From a virus (taxonomy: Duplodnaviria; Caudoviricetes), in IMG/VR virus record IMGVR_UViG_3300031746_000019, positions 1 to 58,517 of that record: a DNA stretch of 58,517 bases. One strand, given 5' to 3'. The notes under the pieces were generated by a model. It ran no database searches. It was not told where the DNA came from and saw only the letters and a program-made list of their open reading frames with translations. Below, piece by piece: positions 8,047-15,459 of this stretch. Each line of letters opens with the position of its first letter. Position 1 is the stretch's first letter. Position numbers and translations under genes: made by a program.

Positions 8047-9138
8047 CTACTTGTCGTAATCGGCCTCGTCTTCGTACTCCTCCGAGTGCTCCGCTGCATT
8101 CTTGTCATCGGAGCCCCACGGATTCTTGATCTTGAGGATCTTCGCCTGGATGTCGAACGGATCTGCCGCGAAGATCTTCTTGAACTCGAACGGCTTGCAC
8201 ATCTCCTCGAGATCCTTGGGGATGTCAGCCGCTTCCCAGCGGGGGATCTGGATGCTGGACTGGGTGCCCTCTCCCTGACGCTTGATCTCCAGGTTGCAGT
8301 CGAAGATTGATAGCGGGGTAGGGTCTTTGCATTTGTCGCACTCGACCTGCTGAAGGAGCATCCCCACGTGCTTGCACTCGGGGCACGGACGTTTCCGAGC
8401 CACGAAGCTGGAGATGTCCTTCGGCTTCATGTCGGTGGTGTTGAGGTCGACGACGGGGTGCGCGCACTCTTCGCACTCGTAGGTTGCGACCTCGAGACGC
8501 CCGCCACAGCTGGCACATTCCTTCTCGATCTCCTGGACGAAGCCAGCGAGCTCATTCATATGCCCAGAGCCGACGCTCCAGTGGACGTGCTTTCCGAAAA
8601 CCTTCTCGAAATCCGCCTTGCAGTGGGGACAGCGCCGGCCTTCGCAGAGCACCTTGTTCAGGGCCTGCTTGCCAGCGTTCTTCCCCTTCTTGTGCATGAT
8701 CGGTTTGCCGTCCTTGTCCTCTGCCGGTACGTTGTGGTACCAGGCGAGGTGGAGGCCGTTGAATGCGTGGCTCATACGCCAGGAGACGTCTTCAGCGCCG
8801 TTCTCTCTCTCTCGGCATCCGAGACACTTCCCACCCACTGCCGTGAGCTCGCCGTCCACGATCTGGTAGGTCTTGCTGCACATGAAGCCTCGGTTGGCTC
8901 GCTTCGCGAAGTGCTCCACGTAGGGGAAGTACTCCGTCTCTTCTCCCTCGAAGTTGACGTAGCTGCCTGGGAGAAGACGGAAGGACGTGGTGACGTTCTG
9001 GGGAGGAGCCCACCTGTTCCTCCAGCGCATGCCGAGGGCCCCGCCTCCCCCGCCTCCCCCGCTCTCTGCTCTGCGGGTGGTGTACCCGAGAACTCGTTGA
9101 CCGAACGAAGTTGACTTCTTGCTAGGTGAGAACTGCAT
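8047..9138 (-). CDS. Putative single-stranded DNA-binding protein (gp32-like) with multiple zinc-binding CxxC motifs
   Basis: Lies between primase and polymerase; 'FRLLPG...YVEH' and 'IKRQGEG' motifs; acidic tail EHSEEYEDEADYDK; strong codon bias; own terminator. Confidence 0.55.
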   Translation of the reverse strand: MQFSPSKKSTSFGQRVLGYTTRRAESGGGGGGGALGMRWRNRWAPPQNVTTSFRLLPGSYVNFEGEETEYFPYVEHFAKRANRGFMCSKTYQIVDGELTAVGGKCLGCRERENGAEDVSWRMSHAFNGLHLAWYHNVPAEDKDGKPIMHKKGKNAGKQALNKVLCEGRRCPHCKADFEKVFGKHVHWSVGSGHMNELAGFVQEIEKECASCGGRLEVATYECEECAHPVVDLNTTDMKPKDISSFVARKRPCPECKHVGMLLQQVECDKCKDPTPLSIFDCNLEIKRQGEGTQSSIQIPRWEAADIPKDLEEMCKPFEFKKIFAADPFDIQAKILKIKNPWGSDDKNAAEHSEEYEDEADYDK

Positions 9139-10126
9139 GTTGCCTCCACGTGTGCCAGTCTGTCGCTGCGTCTAGGACGCCAAAGAGTGCTGGCTGATCG
9201 AGGTTATCCGGCTGCGTCTCTCCCTCTACCCACTCCGGATAGGTTACACAAAGTATCCTGAGTCCGTACCTCAAGAGCCTCTTGCCTACGGATAGCATGC
9301 CCTCCTTTCCGGCCTTATCGTTGTCCAAGAACAGGATGACGGTTCCTCCGAGACGTGAGAAGATCCGTTCCTGCGCTCGAGTCAGACTGCTCCCCTGCAA
9401 GGCTACTACATTCTCAATGTCATTCTGAAGTAACCAGATGCAGGCCTTATAGCCCTCAACAACGATCACTGTATCAAGTTCCCCGTAGAAGGCCAAGGGG
9501 TAGACATTGTGACCGTTCCAGAGGAAGTTGTGGCTCTTGATGTCGTAGCGTTCATACCGCGCCCGAACCTCCGCGTCATCAGGAGCAAAGCGCATAATGT
9601 CCTTGGATTTGTACACCTTGTACCGTTCTGGAGCCCCGGTTACAGACCTGCCCGTCAGCCCAACCAGCCTCCCATTGAGGTCTCGAATCGGGTAGATGAT
9701 TCGCATCTCTTCCCGGTCGAATCCCACCTCTAGATGCTTGAGGAGCTTTGGGTCAAATCCATCCCGAACCAGGTCAGTCGGACAGTACTGGAAGACACCA
9801 AGGATACTTTCGTTCAGGAAGTGCTCCCCATATCCAGCACCCTTGGTCGGGTCGGGTCGGTACTTCTTGGGGGCACTGGCTTCGGCCTCGAGGATGGCAT
9901 CAATTTGTACCGATGGGGCTCCCATCTTCCGTAAGAACTGAGGGAAGGTCCCACTTGTCTTGCAGGTGTGGCAGAAGAAGAGTCCGTTTTCGAGGTTGAT
10001 GTAGAAGGAGGGCTTCTTCTCCTGCCCTCCCTTGTGAAAGGGGCAGGGCCCGCCGATGTTGTTGGGCCCCGACATGCGGACGAAGCGTAAGTGCTTCTTG
10101 GCCGCCTGGTAGATCGCCTCTCTCAC
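9122..10126 (-). CDS. dnaG: DnaG-type DNA primase
   Basis: CPFH...CHTC (CHC2 zinc finger); TOPRIM motifs VVEGY and LDNDKAG. Confidence 0.9.
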   Translation of the reverse strand: MREAIYQAAKKHLRFVRMSGPNNIGGPCPFHKGGQEKKPSFYINLENGLFFCHTCKTSGTFPQFLRKMGAPSVQIDAILEAEASAPKKYRPDPTKGAGYGEHFLNESILGVFQYCPTDLVRDGFDPKLLKHLEVGFDREEMRIIYPIRDLNGRLVGLTGRSVTGAPERYKVYKSKDIMRFAPDDAEVRARYERYDIKSHNFLWNGHNVYPLAFYGELDTVIVVEGYKACIWLLQNDIENVVALQGSSLTRAQERIFSRLGGTVILFLDNDKAGKEGMLSVGKRLLRYGLRILCVTYPEWVEGETQPDNLDQPALFGVLDAATDWHTWRQHAVLT

Positions 10127-11628
10127 TTCTTCGCCTTCCTACTGGGCTTGACGTGCTTGAGCCCCTCCCATGCCTTACGGGCGAGGTTCGCGTGGGCAGC
10201 ACGTGTGGTTGGCTCCTTCTCTTCTTTCTGGTCCTTGAAGAATTCCCTCATCTCCCCGTAGTCCGAAAAGATGACAGGCTGGAGAACAGGGTTCCCCTTT
10301 CGGTCGAGAACTACCACTCCGTCTGCGTCCATCTTCTGGGTGAGGATGCTTCCGAAGTCAGAAGCCGCGTTCCCATGCACAGGGAACCCCGTCATGTTGA
10401 TTTCTCGGGATGCCGTGATGGCTAGCGCGAGCTCGTTCACTTCTTTATCCGGTGTGGATCTCTTGATGATCTCTATCGCTAGATCACAGTCCATGCCGAA
10501 GGAGTCGGAGAACGCGATGTTCCGTACTGACTTGCCCTCCGAATCCTCACTGTCCCTGTTGGCTTGATTGGTACCCATGACGGGGATGTTGAAATCCAGA
10601 GCCAGGTCTTTGATGTCCTGAGAGATGGCTGTCTGGTTGCCCCACTTGATGGAGCGCTTGTTCTCCCGGTCGTCCTTCATCAGGTACATGGCGTCCACGT
10701 AGAGATTGTCGGGTCGGTGGTCCTTCACCTTCTCCCGCAACCCCATGACGCCACCACCGTCTGGGTCAGCCCGATCGCTGGTGACAATCAAGCCCTTGTT
10801 CTTTCCCGTTTCGATGGCACAGATGCCCTCGTCCGTCTTCATTGTGTCGAGGTAGGAATAGAACCTATCCTCCATGGTTCCACCCTCGGGTACAGGGATG
10901 GATTTCATGCTCCCGTGCTTGAACGCGGTGTAGGGACAGCGAATGAGGATGCAGATGCAGCGGTTCATGATCTGTTGTGGCGTCATCTCCCGCGTACAGA
11001 TTAGAACTCTGCGGCTGGCTCGATCGTAGGCGTGGCAAGCACAGGCCAGAAGCAGCCACGTCTTCATCGACTTTGGTCGTCCGTAAAGGATCACGAACTC
11101 CCCATCCAGCATCCCACCTGTCTCGTAGTTCAGAACCTCCCACGGGTATGGGATGCCCAGATACCCATCGTTGTCTCGGTAGGCCTCATAGGCTTGACGT
11201 ACCTGGTCTACGGATGCGGATAGCTCGTAGTCCTCACTGACTCTGCGATGCTTGGCCAGCTCTGCGTACCTCTTCCCGAGGTACTTGATGGCCTCATCAG
11301 GCTTGTCTGCCATGTCCCCCAGTTCACCGGCCAGCACATTGATTTGAGTAGTCACGTAGCCGGAGAGGAATTCCTCCACCAAGGACTGGACAGTGGAGCG
11401 TTCCTTACGGGGAAAGTCCTCCTTTGGAAAGTCCCTCTCGATCAGCGCGAGACTGGGGACCTCCCCGTTGGTCTCTCGGCTGTTGTAGAAGGACAAGATG
11501 CGCTTGAAGATCCCCTTGGCTCCATCTCCCTGGAAGTGACTGACAGTGATCTTCTTGTCGATGAGTGGACGAAGGTCTCCGACCTCGAGCACCTTCGATA
11601 GGAGTCTGATCTCTACAGAGGCTGTCAT
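10123..11628 (-). CDS. dnaB: DnaB-like replicative helicase (SF4)
   Basis: Walker A GRPKSMKT, REM, YVDAMYL, NQANR and SDS..MDCD motifs. Confidence 0.85.
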   Translation of the reverse strand: MTASVEIRLLSKVLEVGDLRPLIDKKITVSHFQGDGAKGIFKRILSFYNSRETNGEVPSLALIERDFPKEDFPRKERSTVQSLVEEFLSGYVTTQINVLAGELGDMADKPDEAIKYLGKRYAELAKHRRVSEDYELSASVDQVRQAYEAYRDNDGYLGIPYPWEVLNYETGGMLDGEFVILYGRPKSMKTWLLLACACHAYDRASRRVLICTREMTPQQIMNRCICILIRCPYTAFKHGSMKSIPVPEGGTMEDRFYSYLDTMKTDEGICAIETGKNKGLIVTSDRADPDGGGVMGLREKVKDHRPDNLYVDAMYLMKDDRENKRSIKWGNQTAISQDIKDLALDFNIPVMGTNQANRDSEDSEGKSVRNIAFSDSFGMDCDLAIEIIKRSTPDKEVNELALAITASREINMTGFPVHGNAASDFGSILTQKMDADGVVVLDRKGNPVLQPVIFSDYGEMREFFKDQKEEKEPTTRAAHANLARKAWEGLKHVKPSRKAKK

Positions 11629-11631
11629 ACG

Positions 11632-11940
11632 TTAGCCTCCTAGCCTGATGCAGACGATGGCCCCTTTGCTGTAGATGTGGCGTTTCCCGCCTTCTGTGAG
11701 ATCGGGGCTGATGCAGATGTTGTAGCGGTCAGTCCACAACAGTAGGCCTTGTACCTCCCTGCCAGTCAGGAGGTCGACATTTACGACCTTGCCGAGCCAG
11801 TTCCTGATCTCTGCGTGCCAGTTGTCGTGCACGTTGAGTAGGTCTTTGAGCGCCTTCACCTCTTTCTCTAGGTGATCGTGTCTGTCTTTCTGGCCTTGGA
11901 CTTTCTTCGCCAGCCCATCCAGTGTCAGCTTCTGCGGCAT
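11632..11940 (-). CDS. Hfq/Sm-like RNA-binding protein with N-terminal coiled coil (102 aa)
   Basis: 'VNVDLLTGREVQGLLLWTDRYNICI...HIYSKGAIVCI' parallels the Hfq Sm1/Sm2 motifs. Start reassigned to ATG 11940 with a GGAG SD. Confidence 0.65.
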   Translation of the reverse strand: MPQKLTLDGLAKKVQGQKDRHDHLEKEVKALKDLLNVHDNWHAEIRNWLGKVVNVDLLTGREVQGLLLWTDRYNICISPDLTEGGKRHIYSKGAIVCIRLGG

Positions 11941-11973
11941 GTGTTCTCCGAGGAAAGGGGGAAGGGAAAGCAT

Positions 11974-12015
11974 CACCACTAGCCCCGTGTGCGTCAATCG
12001 CTAGGGCTAGTGGTG
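11974..12015. terminator. Intergenic 12-bp inverted repeat (possible terminator or processing site)
   Basis: CACCACTAGCCC (11974-11985) pairs with GGGCTAGTGGTG (12004-12015); a pyrimidine-rich tract follows on the minus strand. Confidence 0.45.
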
Positions 12016-12038
12016 GCTACTGAACTGGCTACTAGGGA

Positions 12039-13166
12039 CTAGTGAGCGTGCTTCTGAAGGATGCGTCCGCCGAGTGCCTCGAACTCGAAACGCTGATCCA
12101 TGTCGTCGTAGGCTTGGGCCGTACGGGTGATCGCCTGAATCACGCCATAGACGGTCTTGAGGGGTTCCTGGTTCTCGAAGGTCTTGACCACCGCATCTCG
12201 GAAGTGCTTGGGCACGTCGAGTTTCTTCAGCTCGATCTCGATGAACTCAGCCGGGTTCTCGATCTCCCGGGCCTGCGCGGCGACCAGATCTCTGCGGGTG
12301 TCTTCCCAGCGTACGGGGGCATGCTCGAACACTTCCTTGAGCTGACGATCGAGCTCGACATCCTCGATGGGGCGGTGCTGGCGATACATCATGCGGCTGT
12401 CGCCCGTGGTGATCATGAGCCCATTGAGGCAGACCAGACGGAAGGAGAACTCGTCGATGGTGATGGCGGTGTAGCCGACCTCGGAGTTGCGGATGTGAAA
12501 GCCGGGGTATACGAAGTCGTTCTCCGGGAGCTTGCCCTCCATGTGAGCGATCTCGTACCACCTGCGGACCTCTGCGTCCGAGTGGTCCCTCTTGATGGGA
12601 CCGAGGTCGATGGCGTCTCCGACCAGGGTGTAGTGCTGGCTGTGATCCGTGCCCCAGCCACCCTTCTTGTGGAGGTGGTTGTGCATGAAGTTGAGGTCGG
12701 AGACCTGGGAGCCGAACTGCCGCTCGAGCCGATCGAAGATGCGCTCGTCATCGATGGGATGGTAGGTTGGACCGAGGACTGCGCGCATGTACCCATCGCA
12801 GTTCTTGACCCCCGGTGCTTCCTTTCGGAAGCGGGAGGTTCTGATCTTCCTGACGTCTCCCGTCTTGGCGAAGCGCCTCTGGATTTCCTCCTGGACGACT
12901 TTGTGATCGACCACCTTGGGGTTGAACCACTTGTCCCACTGGATGCCGAGGGCAGAACCGAGCTGCTTCCTTGCCCAGTCCGTCATGACGAAGGTACCGA
13001 GATGGGGCACCTCCATGCCCAGCTCTGGGGTGACGCGGATGTCGGCCATGTTGATGACCACGTCCGGGTTCTTCAGCGAATGCTGCTCCCCGACTTGCTT
13101 CCGTACGTCGTCAAACTTGATCAGCTTCCTCGTGTCCTGAAGACGCAAGCCCGCTCTCTGAATCAT
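12039..13166 (-). CDS. DUF932-like phage/plasmid protein
   Basis: 'RAVLGPTYHPIDD' and 'IRNSEVG..AITI..F.FRLVCLNGL' are typical of DUF932; strong codon bias. Confidence 0.7.
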   Translation of the reverse strand: MIQRAGLRLQDTRKLIKFDDVRKQVGEQHSLKNPDVVINMADIRVTPELGMEVPHLGTFVMTDWARKQLGSALGIQWDKWFNPKVVDHKVVQEEIQRRFAKTGDVRKIRTSRFRKEAPGVKNCDGYMRAVLGPTYHPIDDERIFDRLERQFGSQVSDLNFMHNHLHKKGGWGTDHSQHYTLVGDAIDLGPIKRDHSDAEVRRWYEIAHMEGKLPENDFVYPGFHIRNSEVGYTAITIDEFSFRLVCLNGLMITTGDSRMMYRQHRPIEDVELDRQLKEVFEHAPVRWEDTRRDLVAAQAREIENPAEFIEIELKKLDVPKHFRDAVVKTFENQEPLKTVYGVIQAITRTAQAYDDMDQRFEFEALGGRILQKHAH

Positions 13167-13446
13167 TCTCGTTCTCCCTTCCGGCACCCTTGAAGTGTCG
13201 GGGTAGTAGATCGTCCTCCATGGATTGGGTCGCCTGGTTCAGCAACTCCAAGGTACGTTTGCTCCAGATGGCCGGATCGGTGGCCGTACAACGGCCATGT
13301 GTTTTGATGGAACCATCCTGGTTCTTCTCCAAGGTGGCATAGACCACCTCCAAGGCGGCCCATTTCTTATTTGGGTCATTCGTTCGTAGCGTGAGCTCCA
13401 TGATGCACAGCCCATTGATGCGGCATGGGGCCGTGGTGGTGATCAT
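13111..13446 (-). CDS. Hypothetical protein (111 aa)
   Basis: Continuous operon with start/stop overlaps. Confidence 0.6.
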   Translation of the reverse strand: MITTTAPCRINGLCIMELTLRTNDPNKKWAALEVVYATLEKNQDGSIKTHGRCTATDPAIWSKRTLELLNQATQSMEDDLLPRHFKGAGRENENDSESGLASSGHEEADQV

Positions 13447-13883
13447 CGGGGGAACTTCCTTGTCTTCTCGCTGCGCCTTGGTGGCTCATCGAGTTCTCGG
13501 GCTGGGGTGCGACCAGCCTTCGGTGGCTCTCCAAGGCCGGAAGAGATCTCCCGTGCGAACTTGTCCATGTGGAGGCCCATCTGTGCTGCCCCCTCCACGG
13601 CCAGGTTCTCAGCCAGGTTTCCTGCGATCTCAGCAGCAGCTTCGATAGCAGCTACCGACTGACCGCAGGTGATGTTGACGGAGACCGTGGACTCCACGGT
13701 CAGCCCCGCCTCTCTGGTGCTGAACCAGTTCTTGAATCCCCTGGTCGCGGTGACACGGGCAGCGCCATCGCCCGCAGGGATTTCGACGTCTCTCGCTCCT
13801 GCCATCTCAGCTCTCCTGATCTCTCTGTCTGCTGTGCGATTCCAGACTCGCGCTGTTCCTGAGTAGGTGGCCTTATTGCCCAT
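13443..13883 (-). CDS. Hypothetical protein (146 aa)
   Basis: Continuous operon with start/stop overlaps. Confidence 0.65.
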   Translation of the reverse strand: MGNKATYSGTARVWNRTADREIRRAEMAGARDVEIPAGDGAARVTATRGFKNWFSTREAGLTVESTVSVNITCGQSVAAIEAAAEIAGNLAENLAVEGAAQMGLHMDKFAREISSGLGEPPKAGRTPARELDEPPRRSEKTRKFPR

Positions 13884-14355
13884 CGTTCACCGGCAGAAGC
13901 GGCAAGATGTAGGCCTTCGGGGAACCTGGAAGTGCAGCAGGAGCCTGTTCCTCCTCGCGGTATGCGTTCTGGACGATCCTCCCATCCACCTCTCCCTGTC
14001 GGGTAAGCTGCTCGAGCAGCTCCTGGTTCAGCTCGTAGACCACCTTCTCGGTCAGTACGAGATCTGCCTGCGCGGAGGGGAGAGTGTTGGAGAGGAACTC
14101 GGCGTCATACCAACGCTTGAATTTCTTCTGTGCCCCCAGCCCATCTATGATGAGCTTGTCCTGGTCCATGCCCCGCAGCTCGTTCTTGACAGAGCGCATG
14201 GCCTCATCCAGGGTCACGTTCCTTCTCTCCACCAGAGTCTCCAGTTCTTGCAAGAGAGCCCTGATGTCTGGGTCGGACATGAACTCCTTCACTGCGTTGT
14301 CCGCTTCTCGGAAACGCTGCACTGCTCGTGTTGCTGCACTTGGTTGGTCAACCAT
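13873..14355 (-). CDS. Hypothetical coiled-coil protein (160 aa)
   Basis: Start reassigned to ATG 14355 with a GGAGG SD; helical N-terminal half. Confidence 0.65.
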   Translation of the reverse strand: MVDQPSAATRAVQRFREADNAVKEFMSDPDIRALLQELETLVERRNVTLDEAMRSVKNELRGMDQDKLIIDGLGAQKKFKRWYDAEFLSNTLPSAQADLVLTEKVVYELNQELLEQLTRQGEVDGRIVQNAYREEEQAPAALPGSPKAYILPLLPVNDGQ

Positions 14356-15052
14356 TTGATCCTCCACGATCTGGCTGCGGAGTCCCGTAGTATGCCTCTC
14401 GCAAGTAGTCGATCACGGAACACGCTAACGCCCAGTCCCCCCAGGATTTGCCCCAGGGGCCCTCGGCACGAAGGTCGTGCGTTCGAAGAAGGAATGCTGT
14501 GTGGTACATGGGGAGGACCGCGTAGCGAAGCTCGGTGTAGCGGCCTGGGAGATGGAGCGTGTGCATCCTCCCACGGACGGAGGCCATCTTCGCTCCCTTG
14601 CTCAGAAGTGCTTGGAAGGGAACCTTCCCAACGGTGATGATGAGAAGTGGGTCTACTAGATAGACCGTTTCCATAAGACGGGTATGGCAGGCAGACCGCT
14701 CATCTTTGTTGGGGAGCCTGTTCTCCGTCTTGGTCCCACCCGTCCGTTCGTCTTTAACTTCCATGGTCGGGCGGCAGCAGACGACATTGGTGATGAAGAG
14801 GTCGGTCTTTCGATCCAGCTTCATACCGTCCAGAAACTCGTTCAGAACCTTTCCTGCGTCTCCCTGGAAAGGTTTCCCGGTTTTGTCTTCCGTAGCACCG
14901 GGTGCTTCTCCTACGATGAGTATGTCCGCTTTGCTGTTCCCTTCCCCGAAGACGACGTTGCTGCGTGTCTCACTGAGCTTGCACCGAGTGCAGTCAGACC
15001 ATTTCTCCTGCAACTCGTAGAGTGGGGATTTCTTCGGGGTCTCTACTGTCAT
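14348..15052 (-). CDS. Uracil-DNA glycosylase, family 4 (Fe-S)
   Basis: CTRCKL...VVFGEGN...GEAPG..ED..GKPF.G..G...TNVVCCRP and YH motifs. Confidence 0.9.
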   Translation of the reverse strand: MTVETPKKSPLYELQEKWSDCTRCKLSETRSNVVFGEGNSKADILIVGEAPGATEDKTGKPFQGDAGKVLNEFLDGMKLDRKTDLFITNVVCCRPTMEVKDERTGGTKTENRLPNKDERSACHTRLMETVYLVDPLLIITVGKVPFQALLSKGAKMASVRGRMHTLHLPGRYTELRYAVLPMYHTAFLLRTHDLRAEGPWGKSWGDWALACSVIDYLREAYYGTPQPDRGGSNG

Positions 15053-15459
15053 CTCCGCTCCCTCCGGTGAGGATGCCCCTCATCGGGCATGCTTCCAGTC
15101 ACTACGATTCCCGCCTTCTCGACTCGGTGTCTCAGCTCCTCTACCTCCGCATGCTCGATCATCTTCTGGACTACCTCCATTGCGTCCTCATCTTCTTCGG
15201 GCCACCACCAGGACACCGGACGGATCCTCATGAGGATCCCAGCTCGAGCGATGGAGTTACTAGTCAGAATGTTCTGCTGTGCCACTCCCTGTGGGCCTGG
15301 GACGAGAATGGTGCGCAGGCAACGGCACTCCCCCAAGAAGATGAAGCTGCTCAGACGATCGCTGATTCCGGAATCATCCAAGGGAGTCTTCCCGAGATAG
15401 AGTAGCTGTGGAGTCCCGTCAGAGACTAAGACCCACTTGTCAGAGTTCGGCTTGTCCAT
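15049..15459 (-). CDS. Hypothetical protein (136 aa)
   Basis: In operon with overlapping start/stop. Confidence 0.6.
   Translation of the reverse strand: MDKPNSDKWVLVSDGTPQLLYLGKTPLDDSGISDRLSSFIFLGECRCLRTILVPGPQGVAQQNILTSNSIARAGILMRIRPVSWWWPEEDEDAMEVVQKMIEHAEVEELRHRVEKAGIVVTGSMPDEGHPHRRERR

Noticed and set aside
12042-13193. 383-aa plus-strand ORF exactly antisense to the DUF932-like gene
   Set aside because: Shadow ORF caused by strong codon bias on the real strand; no motifs. The same applies to 23482-24561, 49320-50351, 53076-54476 and 57704-58474.
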